From: Peptococcaceae bacterium BICA1-8
GTDB taxonomy: Bacteria; Bacillota; Peptococcia; Peptococcales; BICA1-8
DNA: 64,000 nt
Assembly (NCBI GenBank): GCA_000802045.1
Contig: JUEF01000030.1
Location: forward strand, 11,767 to 75,766
Direction of reading: 5' to 3'
The notes under the pieces are model-generated. The model did no database searches. It was given only the letters and a program-made list of their open reading frames with translations, and was not told the DNA's origin. Each line of letters begins with the position of its first letter. Within the stretch, counting starts at the first letter, position 1. A program made the position numbers and the translations under genes. This document shows positions 44,981 through 54,091 of the stretch, piece by piece.

Positions 44981-45025
44981 CACTAGTGACTAGTCACTAG
45001 TCACTAGTCACTAGTCACTAGTAAC
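44981..45025. repeat. ACTAGT-containing heptamer array (longest copy)
   Basis: cactagtgactagtcactagtcactagtcactagtcactagtaac. Confidence 0.9.
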
Positions 45026-45049
45026 AAATACAGAGGTGTTGAAATAATT

Positions 45050-45967
45050 ATGCTAAGTGCACTATTTTTTCTTCTAGGTTTAGCTCTTTTTTTACTTGGA
45101 TTATTTATCTTAAAGGCGGGATTAGAAAGAATAGCAAGCTTTAATCTAAAAAAAATAATACAACGCTTTACTGCTACTCCTAGCTTAGGATGTTTAACAG
45201 GAACCTTTTTAACCATGCTTTTACAATCTAGCAGTGCTGTTACAGTAATTTCCATTGGTTTAGTAGATACTGGATTGATGTCATTTGCTCAGGCTTTGGG
45301 TATTGTCTTAGGAACAAATATTGGTACCACTATTACCGGTCAAATGTTGGCCTTTCCTTTGGAAGCTTTAGGCATACCATTAGTTTTCTTGGGTCTTGTC
45401 CTAATGATTTTCGGTAATACTCTACGATCCGTAGGTTTAAACATCTGTGGTTTAGGCTTTATTTTTTGGGGGATGGATTTTATGGGGAGTGCTTTTTCCT
45501 ATATAATGCATAATCCTTTAATCCAACACTTGCTGCTTTTAACAACCCGGAGCCACCTGCTTGCAGTACTTTTTGGAATAATTTTCACCGCCATTATTCA
45601 ATCAAGTAGTGCTATGACAGGCATAGTTCTGGTTTTAGCCAAAAGTGGCCATTTAGACCTTGTTACCTCAACTGCTATCATACTAGGCAGCAATATGGGC
45701 ACCTGTATAACTGCTGTTTTAGCCAGTATTGGATCAACTACCGCAGGAAAAAGAGTAGCTATAGCCCATGTTATCTTAAATTTTTTAGGTATTGTTATTT
45801 TCTATCCAATTCTCGAGCAGTTTACAGCTCTAATGGCTCTCAGCAGCTCAGACCTGCCTAGGCAAATTGCCCACACCCATACTTTTTTTAACGTTATTAG
45901 TTCACTAGCTGTACTACTCTTTGCTGGAGTTTTTACGAAATTCATCTATTGGCTTGTTCCGGAATAA
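45050..45967 (+). CDS. Na/Pi cotransporter family protein (short form, no PhoU domain)
   Basis: Duplicated Na_Pi_cotrans motif (LLQSSSAVTVI, IIQSSSAMTGI). 305 aa. RBS GAGGTG. Confidence 0.8.
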   Translation: MLSALFFLLGLALFLLGLFILKAGLERIASFNLKKIIQRFTATPSLGCLTGTFLTMLLQSSSAVTVISIGLVDTGLMSFAQALGIVLGTNIGTTITGQMLAFPLEALGIPLVFLGLVLMIFGNTLRSVGLNICGLGFIFWGMDFMGSAFSYIMHNPLIQHLLLLTTRSHLLAVLFGIIFTAIIQSSSAMTGIVLVLAKSGHLDLVTSTAIILGSNMGTCITAVLASIGSTTAGKRVAIAHVILNFLGIVIFYPILEQFTALMALSSSDLPRQIAHTHTFFNVISSLAVLLFAGVFTKFIYWLVPE

Positions 45968-46028
45968 AAATTCGCTTATTCGTGAGCGCGTGAGCGAGTG
46001 GGCGCGCTAATACTTTAGGGAGAATATG

Positions 46029-46214
46029 CTAGGTCTGGACAATTGCTAATAAGGAAGATTTCGGGTTGGACAATTACTATGAGGGCAAATTATTGCGTCT
46101 GACAAAAATCAAAAAAAATAGGCTTATGCCTATTTTATAAACAATTTTTTTTAATATCAAAGCTTGTGTCAGACGTAAGAGCAAAACCTATGAATAACTG
46201 TCAAACGCACTAGC
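46029..46214. repeat. second phased GTCTGACA-type array, with inverted copies beyond a hairpin
   Basis: ggtctggaca (46032), gggttggaca (46063) and gcgtctgaca (46095), at 31-32-bp spacing. Inverted gtcagacg (46169) and gtcaaacg (46200). Confidence 0.6.
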
Positions 46215-46495
46215 TAGACCCATGAGTAATTGTCTGTGTCAACATTTACTAAAGGCTCAAAGTCTTTTACTATAACTATTAGAGTATTGTAATCACAAAG
46301 CATTTTTTTAGTTATGATTGTATCTGCACCTTCAGGAAGTTTACTTCCTCCATTTATTTTTACAGTTTCACATAGTTTTATGCTAGCACTATTTTCTAGA
46401 ATAATACGTAAAGCAACATAGCCTTCTTCAAAGATAATTTTTTTAACTTCACTTGTTACTGCATAGCCATTAATAGCTGCTCTATACCCATTCAT
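46214..46495 (-). CDS. hypothetical protein
   Basis: 93-aa ORF, no motif recognised. Confidence 0.3.
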   Translation of the reverse strand: MNGYRAAINGYAVTSEVKKIIFEEGYVALRIILENSASIKLCETVKINGGSKLPEGADTIITKKMLCDYNTLIVIVKDFEPLVNVDTDNYSWV

Positions 46496-46645
46496 AAATA
46501 ACCTCCAGCACTATTTTACAGTCATTTAATAAATTGTATTTTTAATTTCTCTAAAAGTTCCTTCTTTCCTGCTGAATATTTCAAAAAGAATTCTGGAATA
46601 ATAAAGCTGAAAAATTAAAAATCTTTTAAAATTAGGAGGTCACTT

Positions 46646-47128
46646 ATGACAAAAAAAATTGTTGGTATTTTTTCCTCAAAAGGACAAGCAGAAGGTGCTG
46701 CTGAACAATTAAGACAAGCAGGATTTGATAAGGAAATATCTATTGTTTCCAAGGGCGAAGAAAAAAAACAAGGTAATAAGGAAGGCATGAACATGGGTAC
46801 TAGCGATTCTGTTACTGATGGAGCAGCAACAGGTGCCACTTGGGGAGCACTAGGCGGTCTTGCATTAGGCGCAGGTGCTCTTGCAATACCAGGCTTCGGA
46901 CCATTATTAGCAGCTGGACCTATTGCTGCAGCTCTTTCAGGAGCAGCAGCTGGTGGTTTAGGTGGAGCACTAGTAGATATGGGAATCCCTGAAACAGAAA
47001 GTAAAAATTATGAAAAAGACGTAAAAATGGGCAAAACCTTAATTGCTATAGAATGCAGTGATGACAAAGCAGCAAAAGCTCAAGAAATCTTAAAACAAAG
47101 CGGTGCCGAAAACGTAAAACAACATTAA
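46646..47128 (+). CDS. general-stress-type protein (YflT-like N-domain plus glycine-zipper segment)
   Basis: IVGIFSSKGQAEGAAEQLRQAGF start, GALGGLALGAGALAIPGFG glycine zipper, RBS AGGAGG. Confidence 0.55.
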   Translation: MTKKIVGIFSSKGQAEGAAEQLRQAGFDKEISIVSKGEEKKQGNKEGMNMGTSDSVTDGAATGATWGALGGLALGAGALAIPGFGPLLAAGPIAAALSGAAAGGLGGALVDMGIPETESKNYEKDVKMGKTLIAIECSDDKAAKAQEILKQSGAENVKQH

Positions 47129-47147
47129 CTGAATGGCTTTGCCATTC

Positions 47148-47180
47148 GTGCTACAGTGCTACAGTTCTACAGTGCTACAG
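47148..47180. repeat. GCTACAGT octamer tandem repeat
   Basis: gtgctacagtgctacagttctacagtgctacag. Confidence 0.85.
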
Positions 47181-47197
47181 AAAAACCTTAAAACAAA

Positions 47198-47224
47198 GTA
47201 AAGACCGGCAATACCGGTCTTTAC
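47198..47224. terminator. bidirectional terminator between convergent genes
   Basis: GTAAAGACCGGcaataCCGGTCTTTAC, 11-bp stem. Confidence 0.65.
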
Positions 47225-47231
47225 TTATATT

Positions 47232-48080
47232 TTAGGTAAAAAATTCGTCGGCATGGTAAGAGCTTCTTACAAGGGGTCCGGAGGCAACATACTTAAAACC
47301 TAATTCATAACCAATTTCTTTATATTTTTCGAAAATTACAGGCTCAATATATTCTATCACTGGATGATGATTTTTGGATGGCGCAAGATACTGGCCTATG
47401 GTTAAAACGTCACAACCAATATTTCGCAGGTCTTTCATAACATTAACTACCTCTTCTTCTTTTTCGCCAAGCCCCAACATAATACCAGATTTGGTATAAA
47501 TAGCATCATCAATTTGTTTAGCATTTTCTAAAAGCTTTAAGGAACGCAGGTAATTAGCTTGGGGTCTTACCGAGGAGTATAATCTAGGTACCGTCTCAAT
47601 ATTATGATTTAGGATATCAGGTCGCCCCTTAATTACCTTAAGTAGCGCATCACCATCACCTTGGAAATCAGGTATTAGTACTTCTATGGTAACCTTATTC
47701 TCTAATTCCCTAATTTTTTCGATAACCCTTACAAAATGATCAGCCCCACCATCAGACAAATCATCTCTGGTCACTGAGGTTATGACAACATGCTTAAGAT
47801 TAAGTTCTTGCACAGCACTGGCAACACGGTAAGGCTCTTCAAAATCAACTTCTTCTACCTCGCCCTTTCCTACATTACAAAAAGTACAGTTTCGGGTACA
47901 TATCCTACCTAAAATCATAAATGTTGCAGTCTTTCTTCCAAAACATTCAATAACATTTGGACAGTTAGCTTCCTCACATACGGTGTGTAAAGACAGTCGG
48001 TCCAACATTTTTTTTACCTCAATTAATTTTGAAGCATCCTTTAATTTAATCTTCAGCCAACTAGGTTTTCTTGCGTTCAT
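47232..48080 (-). CDS. lipA: lipoyl synthase
   Basis: CEEANCPN and CTRNCTFC radical-SAM/auxiliary cluster motifs. 282 aa. Confidence 0.95.
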   Translation of the reverse strand: MNARKPSWLKIKLKDASKLIEVKKMLDRLSLHTVCEEANCPNVIECFGRKTATFMILGRICTRNCTFCNVGKGEVEEVDFEEPYRVASAVQELNLKHVVITSVTRDDLSDGGADHFVRVIEKIRELENKVTIEVLIPDFQGDGDALLKVIKGRPDILNHNIETVPRLYSSVRPQANYLRSLKLLENAKQIDDAIYTKSGIMLGLGEKEEEVVNVMKDLRNIGCDVLTIGQYLAPSKNHHPVIEYIEPVIFEKYKEIGYELGFKYVASGPLVRSSYHADEFFT

Positions 48081-48081
48081 T

Positions 48082-48768
48082 TTACTCTCTCCCCATCATT
48101 GCAAGCAGTTCTTGCTTATCAATTATCTCAGGCTCTAAGTTAAATTCCTTAGAAAAATATTCAATAATATAATTATTCACTACATTTAAATCTATTGTTG
48201 AACCAAGAACTTTTTCCAGAGAGGTTACCCCTTTGTCCTTGAAACCACAAGGGTTTATCCAATTAAAATGCTCTAATTTGGTATTAACATTAAAAGCAAA
48301 GCCATGCATACTAACCCACTTTTTAAAAGCAACACCGATAGCTGTAATTTTTTCATTATTAATCCACACTCCTGGGCATTTGGGTATAGTACAAGCTGTT
48401 ATTCCAAATTCATATTTTAATAGCTTTATAAAGGTTTCTTCGATCTTATGAAAGAAAACACTAATATCCCGGCCATGATAATTAAGATTTATGATAGGAT
48501 ACCCTACTATTTGACCCGGACCATGATAAGTAATATCCCCTCCTCTATTTACTTTATAGATATTTACACCCTGATTCTTCAATAGTTCCTGAGGGGTAAG
48601 TATATTATGATAATTTGTTCTTACGCCTAAAGTTAAGATAGGCGGATGCTCTAAAAGCAGCATTGTATCCTTTATCTTATTTTCTTGCCGCAGCTTTAAT
48701 AGTTCCTCCTGGATATTTAAAGCTTCCTGATAATCTATCATCCCAAGTTTGGAAATCAGTAATTTCAT
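48082..48768 (-). CDS. lipB: octanoyltransferase
   Basis: Start at MKLLISKLG (RBS AGGAG). [12 protein letters not shown] and KITAIGV motifs. Confidence 0.9.
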   Translation of the reverse strand: MKLLISKLGMIDYQEALNIQEELLKLRQENKIKDTMLLLEHPPILTLGVRTNYHNILTPQELLKNQGVNIYKVNRGGDITYHGPGQIVGYPIINLNYHGRDISVFFHKIEETFIKLLKYEFGITACTIPKCPGVWINNEKITAIGVAFKKWVSMHGFAFNVNTKLEHFNWINPCGFKDKGVTSLEKVLGSTIDLNVVNNYIIEYFSKEFNLEPEIIDKQELLAMMGRE

Positions 48769-48852
48769 AGTGGCTCCTGTCAATATTATTCCAATTTTTA
48801 TTAATATTTTAACATATATATAAGCGGTATCCAAACACAAAATCTATTATTA

Positions 48853-48900
48853 AACCACGGACCCCTCCGGGGCACACAGATAAACACGGTAAAAATAAAT
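48853..48900. repeat. AACCACGG...CACGGT element
   Basis: aaccacggacccctccggggcacacagataaacacggtaaaaataaat. Near-identical architecture at 51837-51884. Confidence 0.8.
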
Positions 48901-48943
48901 ACTATATTTTGGTGTCACCAATTGGGTATTTATAAATTTACTA

Positions 48944-49003
48944 GGCCGTTCAAAAAGGCGTAGAACAAGGCCAAAAAGGGGTCAAAACCGGAGGCGTAAA
49001 TAC
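48944..49003. repeat. left half-copy of the ~125-nt hairpin element
   Basis: ggccgttcaaaaag...aaaaaggggtcaaaaccggaggcgtaaatac matches the 5' arm of copy A but has no 3' arm. Confidence 0.6.
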
Positions 49004-49024
49004 AGGGGTCTGATTCGTTGGGTT

Positions 49025-49144
49025 GGGTGCTCAAAAGTGGTAGATAGCTAGGCATATTTTAAGCCCAAGACCGCAGGCGTATATTAATACGTTGAGGATC
49101 TTGGGCTTAAAATTAACGACGCTAGGTGCCGCTTTTCAGCACCC
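49025..49144. repeat. ~125-nt long-hairpin element, copy B
   Basis: Same conserved boxes as copy A with different but self-complementary stems. It ends 2 nt from the copZ stop codon. Confidence 0.75.
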
Positions 49145-49146
49145 TA

Positions 49147-49380
49147 TTACACTGTGTAGCCTTCTTCAGTAATAACAGCTTTAACAGCCTCTAAGGTAAC
49201 CATATTAGCATCATATTCAACTTTAACTTCTTTTGCAGCTAAATCTACTTCCACACTTTCTACACCATTTAAAGCACCAACTGCTTTTAAAACTGCATTT
49301 TTACAATGATCACAGGTCATTCCTTCTACTTTTAGTACTTCAGCATGTACATGGCGATGACCACCACAGCATTCACACAT
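49147..49380 (-). CDS. copZ: copper chaperone CopZ (HMA domain) with a Cys/His-rich N-terminal tag
   Basis: GMTCDHC metal-binding motif. N-terminus MCECCGGHRHVH. Confidence 0.85.
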   Translation of the reverse strand: MCECCGGHRHVHAEVLKVEGMTCDHCKNAVLKAVGALNGVESVEVDLAAKEVKVEYDANMVTLEAVKAVITEEGYTV

Positions 49381-49416
49381 AGCTAAAACCTCCTCTGTCT
49401 TTTAATTATATTTTAA

Positions 49417-49431
49417 ACCACCTAGGGGTAT
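49417..49431. promoter_or_regulatory. weak CsoR-like pseudo-palindrome upstream of copZ
   Basis: ACCACCTAGGGGTAT, 37-51 nt upstream of the copZ start. It only partly matches the GC-rich CsoR operator pattern. Confidence 0.25.
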
Positions 49432-49492
49432 GGGTCAATTTGTTTTTTTTCCTGGGAAGGACTAAAGGCTGTTTTGTGGAAATAAGTATGAA

Positions 49493-49543
49493 GTAATTAT
49501 GTTTAATAATATTTTAACATAATATATGATTAAACATAATTAC
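49493..49543. promoter_or_regulatory. perfect 15-bp inverted repeat in the copZ / phosphodiesterase divergent region
   Basis: GTAATTATGTTTAAT (49493-49507) and ATTAAACATAATTAC (49529-49543), 21-bp spacer. Confidence 0.45.
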
Positions 49544-49586
49544 CTATTGTTAAACAGCTTAAAAATATTTATGGGAGTGAAGCCTA

Positions 49587-50291
49587 ATGCTGGTAATTGG
49601 ACATAGAGGGGCAGGTGCTTATGCTCCCCATAATTCACGGCAAGCCTTTGTCCAGGCTATTGCTATGGGTGCAGATATGATTGAAACCGATATCAGAGTA
49701 ACCTATGATAATGTTCCAGTTATTTTCCATGATAAAGATACCCGCTGGGGTCCAATCGCTGTTTTGACTTGGGATGAGCTGTGCCGTTATCCTTTAGGTA
49801 ATGGCGAATATATACTCTCTTTAGAGGAAATGCTCCTGCTTTTCGGTTCTAAAATTAGATTTAATTTGGAAATCAAACCAATTCCCTTAGAAAAACTAGA
49901 GCCTGTTTTAAATATATTAAAAAAATTCACCTTAGTGTCCTGCCTTATATCATCTTTCTCTATTCCTATTCTCGAGGAATTATCTCGCCTTACGAATTAT
50001 CAAAAAGCCTTATTAATTAATAAGGAAATGCCTCCTGAAAAGCTTCTAGGTCTTATGGAACAATGTCAGGTCTCCATACTTAATTTATACTATCCACTTT
50101 TAGATTCCCATGTCGCTGAGCTAATGTATGGTTATGATTATCAAATCATTGCTTGGACTGATTTTCACTCGGAAATCTGGAACCCCATTGTTTTATACAA
50201 AAAAGCCCTCGAACTAAATTGTCTAGGCTTCATTACCGGAAAACCTAATCTTCTCAAAGAATATTTGAAGTTTTTAAATCTACGTTTTTAG
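49587..50291 (+). CDS. glycerophosphodiester phosphodiesterase family protein
   Basis: IGHRGAG..APHNS...ETDIRVT.D..PV.FHD GDPD motifs. Confidence 0.85.
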   Translation: MLVIGHRGAGAYAPHNSRQAFVQAIAMGADMIETDIRVTYDNVPVIFHDKDTRWGPIAVLTWDELCRYPLGNGEYILSLEEMLLLFGSKIRFNLEIKPIPLEKLEPVLNILKKFTLVSCLISSFSIPILEELSRLTNYQKALLINKEMPPEKLLGLMEQCQVSILNLYYPLLDSHVAELMYGYDYQIIAWTDFHSEIWNPIVLYKKALELNCLGFITGKPNLLKEYLKFLNLRF

Positions 50292-50326
50292 GGTATATTA
50301 ATTTACGACTTAAGGGGGTCGTAACC

Positions 50327-51805
50327 TTGGACGCATTACAACTAAGTTCTTTATTCCCAGTAAACCAGATCACAGAAATTATCACCTCTACTTTTACATT
50401 AACCATCCTTTTTATAGCAATTGTTATTTTTTTTGAAAATGACGACCCATCTAAAACTCTGGCTTGGTTGCTAATTTTAGTTTTTTTGCCCGTTTTAGGT
50501 TTTTTTCTATATATGCTCGTAGGAAGGAAGTTTAGAAAAATTAAGCGGTATAGGAAAAAAGGAATTACCAGTCTAAGCGAACTTTCTAAAATGGTTCAAG
50601 ATGAATGCATGCTTGTTGTAAAGGGACAGGAATATGTAGAAAAAAATATACCTCATAAAAAAAAGTTAATTAGCCTTATTGTTAACTCAGCAAGTTCCCC
50701 ATTTACTATTAACAATAAATCTCAGATACTAAATAATGGCTTTGATACATATCAGAGCTTCTTTCAAGCTATTGAACTGGCTCAGCATCATATACATCTA
50801 GAATTTTATATAATTAGAGATGACCAAATTGGTACACAATTGCAAGAACTGTTGATTAAAAAAGCCCACGAGGGTGTGAAAATTCGCTTAATTTATGATG
50901 GTTACGGCAGCCTTAAGTTAGATCAAAAATTCTTGGAAAATTTTGAAAAAAACGGTATTCAAACAGCTTGTTTTTCGCCGGTTATCCTCCCAATCATAAA
51001 CAACAGAATAAACTACCGCAACCACAGAAAAATCTTGGTTGTTGACGGGAAAATCGGTTTTGTAGGTGGGATAAATATAGGTGATGAATACTTAGGGAAA
51101 AGCAAGGATTTTTTGGATTGGCGAGACACCCACTTACGCATCGAGGGTGATGCTGTAAAATTTTTGCAGCATATTTTTATCCAGGACTGGCTCTTTACTG
51201 CGAAAGAAAAAATCACTGGCTCCATGTATTATCCTCCCTGCTCTCCTAATACCAGTGAGGAATTAATTCAGATTGCTTCTAGTGGCCCTGATTCACCATG
51301 GGAGTCTATCATGCAAATGTATTTTTCTATGATAGCAACTGCAGAAAAATCTATGTACCTAACAACCCCCTACTTTATTCCTAATGAGAGCATTCTGATG
51401 GCTATCAAAAATGCTGCCTTAAGTGGTTTGGATGTGAGAATTATTATTCCCGGCAAACCAGATAGTAGATTTGTACTTTGGGCCTCCATGTCCTATCTAA
51501 AAGAACTTTTAGAAGCAGGAGTGCGGGTGTATCAATACCAAAAGGGTTTTATTCATTCTAAGACTTTAGTTGTTGACGGTTTAGTTTCCTCAATTGGAAC
51601 CGCAAATATGGACTTGAGAAGCTTTAAACTTAACTTTGAAGTAAATGCCTTTATTTATAATCAAGAAGCAAGTCAAAAACTTGAAGAGGATTTCTTTAAT
51701 GATTTAAAAAATAGTAAGGAAATCAGCTACTATGACTATCAAAAACGTTCTCTGTTCCTAAGGATTATGGAATCCCTAGCGCGGCTTTTTTCTCCTTTAC
51801 TTTAA
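50327..51805 (+). CDS. cls: cardiolipin synthase
   Basis: Two PLD HKD motifs (HRKILVVDG, HSKTLVVDG) and N-terminal TM helices. Confidence 0.9.
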   Translation: MDALQLSSLFPVNQITEIITSTFTLTILFIAIVIFFENDDPSKTLAWLLILVFLPVLGFFLYMLVGRKFRKIKRYRKKGITSLSELSKMVQDECMLVVKGQEYVEKNIPHKKKLISLIVNSASSPFTINNKSQILNNGFDTYQSFFQAIELAQHHIHLEFYIIRDDQIGTQLQELLIKKAHEGVKIRLIYDGYGSLKLDQKFLENFEKNGIQTACFSPVILPIINNRINYRNHRKILVVDGKIGFVGGINIGDEYLGKSKDFLDWRDTHLRIEGDAVKFLQHIFIQDWLFTAKEKITGSMYYPPCSPNTSEELIQIASSGPDSPWESIMQMYFSMIATAEKSMYLTTPYFIPNESILMAIKNAALSGLDVRIIIPGKPDSRFVLWASMSYLKELLEAGVRVYQYQKGFIHSKTLVVDGLVSSIGTANMDLRSFKLNFEVNAFIYNQEASQKLEEDFFNDLKNSKEISYYDYQKRSLFLRIMESLARLFSPLL

Positions 51806-51836
51806 GAATAACCTATAAGTAACAAATCTACTATTT

Positions 51837-51884
51837 AACCACGGGCCCCTTTGGGGCACACGGAGAAACACGGTAATAATAAAT
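51837..51884. repeat. AACCACGG...CACGGT element
   Basis: aaccacgggcccctttggggcacacggagaaacacggtaataataaat. Confidence 0.8.
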
Positions 51885-52018
51885 AATATTATAATTAACA
51901 TTTTCAGATGCAGAAAAAGGATATTTGCTTATTTATATAGAAAATAACTTAATATACTTTTATATGTTTTCTAACTTCGAACATCTAACGTCTAATTTCT
52001 AGAACGGGGGTCATACAA

Positions 52019-52174
52019 ATGGGTATTAATGTTCTTGGATGGTTCGGTCTAATTATTTTGGGTGGTTTAATTTTTTATCAAATATTTGGTCTTGATAATT
52101 CCTTTGACCCAATGTTAGCTGAAAATGTTGATTTCAACATGAAAAAACCTGAAAACGCACCAGCACATCATTAA
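52019..52174 (+). CDS. small membrane protein (51 aa, absent from the ORF track)
   Basis: MGINVLGWFGLIILGGLIFYQIFGL.... RBS GGGGG. A strong terminator follows immediately. Confidence 0.45.
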   Translation: MGINVLGWFGLIILGGLIFYQIFGLDNSFDPMLAENVDFNMKKPENAPAHH

Positions 52175-52177
52175 AAA

Positions 52178-52200
52178 ATCGCCCATCGGGCGATTTTTTT
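52178..52200 (+). terminator. rho-independent terminator
   Basis: ATCGCCCatcGGGCGAT followed by TTTTTTT. Confidence 0.8.
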
Positions 52201-52424
52201 AGGTTTAAGGCTCAAGTTAAGCTTCACCCTTATTAAATATAAAAAGCCCTTATTTCTGCTCCACTTATAATTAAGTGCATGAGTTGAATTAAAATGAAAC
52301 TCCAAAAATTCATTCTCCTTCCTTTTCCTTGGCCATTTATAAAACTATTGCAAGTCATGAATTTTGATCTTTATTTCTTCAATATAAACAGAAATATAAT
52401 TGTTGACAACAAACTATGATTTAT

Positions 52425-52456
52425 GTAAAGTTAACTTAACGTAAAGTTAACTTTAC
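52425..52456. promoter_or_regulatory. operator of the XRE regulator (palindrome GTAAAGTTAACTTTAC plus an upstream half-site)
   Basis: 16-bp perfect palindrome at 52441-52456 and GTAAAGTTAAC at 52425-52435, overlapping a TTGACA(-35)/TAAAGT(-10)-like promoter. Confidence 0.5.
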
Positions 52457-52474
52457 ATAGAAAGGGATGAGTAG

Positions 52475-52693
52475 TTGAAAAACAAAATTAGAGAGTTAAG
52501 AGAAAAACATGATTTAACTCAGGAACAGCTAGCGAAAAAATTGGAGGTATCCAGGCAGACAATTATCTCTATAGAGGTAGGCCGCTACAATCCCTCATTA
52601 ATCCTTGCCTACAAACTTGCTCAAAGCTTTGGGTGCAGCATCGAAGACATTTTTAATTTTTCAGACCTGGAAGGAGAGATGAATGATGAATAG
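52475..52693 (+). CDS. XRE-family HTH transcriptional regulator
   Basis: LTQEQLAKKLEVSRQTIISIEVGRYNPSL is a canonical HTH_3 domain. 72 aa. Confidence 0.85.
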   Translation: MKNKIRELREKHDLTQEQLAKKLEVSRQTIISIEVGRYNPSLILAYKLAQSFGCSIEDIFNFSDLEGEMNDE

Positions 52694-53075
52694 ATCCTTT
52701 GTTAAAGAATTGGTTTTAACTAACTACTTTTTAATTGGTTCCTTTGCTTTGATAATTATTCTGGGAAACTTATTTTATGGCGGAACAGTAGAGAGTTGGA
52801 CCAAATCATTTACTTTGTTAATCACATTGGCTTTAGCTTTTTTATTTAAGATCAAACGAATTAAATCCAAAGGCAAGTTACTAGATGAACGTCTTCAGCT
52901 CATTACGTACCGCGCAATAACCATTGGCTTCTACTTTATGTTAAGTTCGATATTCTGGTTTTTTACGAAAGAAATGGTGGTTGAAGGACAGGTTTCTGTA
53001 CGGACAATTGTAGAATTGATTGCAGGTGTTATAGGTTATATTGGAAGCTTTCTAATATTAGCTAAAAAATATTAG
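52683..53075 (+). CDS. 4-TM membrane protein co-transcribed with the XRE regulator
   Basis: Overlaps the regulator by 11 nt. 130 aa. Confidence 0.55.
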   Translation: MMNRSFVKELVLTNYFLIGSFALIIILGNLFYGGTVESWTKSFTLLITLALAFLFKIKRIKSKGKLLDERLQLITYRAITIGFYFMLSSIFWFFTKEMVVEGQVSVRTIVELIAGVIGYIGSFLILAKKY

Positions 53076-53405
53076 CAGCACCTACTTGAAATAAATCACT
53101 GTACCGCCTGTTGGCGATACTTTCACTTGACATGAACAAAATAGGCACTTATTAAAAGATCAATATAACCATGTTGTTCTTACACAGCTCAATCTATAAA
53201 GTATAAAAAGAGCCAATTAAGGTACATTTCATACCTTAATCGGCATTAGTTGGCGAAACACACTTTCTCTATTCTCAGCAAGCATTTCCACAGCTTGCTT
53301 TTTTAAAGAACAATAAAAGCCCTTGAGTACACTTAGTAATTCTCAAAGGCTTTTATATGTGAAATAACCCATAAGTTCAAACTGCAAAACGACTCAAGCC
53401 GTTTT

Positions 53406-54059
53406 TTAGTAGAGCATTTTCCCTAATGGGCCATTTTCATCAATAATATCTTGGATTTCATAAACCGAAATTGGGAAGTAAGGGAAACCATAGACATAAG
53501 GAGTAAGGTCATAAAGCTGAAAATAAATTACTAAAGCTTTATCTGCGATGTAATAATCCTGTTCAGGGTTAATCGATTGAAATTCATTAATCAAGGGTAA
53601 ATCACGTTCTACTATTTGTCTTCTAATAATTTCAGATAGCCTGCCAATGTAATCGCTTCCCCTAATAAATAGATCTGATAACCTATATGTTCTTCCAGTA
53701 ACAACATCAAAGGTTAATGATTTAATATAAGTCATACCGTGGGCTCCACCGGCAAAAGCATAATTAATTATCGAAAGACTCAATATACCCCTCTGATTAT
53801 TTTTTAGTTCATAGGTGCCTGTTACAGTAGTAAGAGGATTTTCATAATAACCTTGTTTTCTAAGAAGAAAATAAACCATATTCAAAATATCACTATTAAT
53901 CTTTTGCAAAATCCAATAATTAATATTTCCGCTCACCACAGGGTACACCACATCTAATCTATGCCCGACTAATCGTTGGGTAGTAACAATTACTGGTAAA
54001 TCTTGCATGTTCATATCTAACCACACCTTTCTAAATACTCCATATATGTTATGCAGCAA
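53406..54059 (-). CDS. DUF3298/DUF4163 (RsiV/PdaC-like) domain protein
   Basis: FAGGAHGM motif and following beta-rich domain typical of DUF3298. Confidence 0.6.
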   Translation of the reverse strand: MLHNIYGVFRKVWLDMNMQDLPVIVTTQRLVGHRLDVVYPVVSGNINYWILQKINSDILNMVYFLLRKQGYYENPLTTVTGTYELKNNQRGILSLSIINYAFAGGAHGMTYIKSLTFDVVTGRTYRLSDLFIRGSDYIGRLSEIIRRQIVERDLPLINEFQSINPEQDYYIADKALVIYFQLYDLTPYVYGFPYFPISVYEIQDIIDENGPLGKMLY

Positions 54060-54091
54060 TAAACGGTATGGTTATAATTTTGAAGCAGAAT

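Noticed and set aside
46615-46839. 74-aa minus-strand ORF overlapping the start of the stress-protein gene.
   Set aside because: It is antisense to a gene with a strong RBS and recognisable domains, and it has a low-complexity Ser/Pro/Cys-rich translation.
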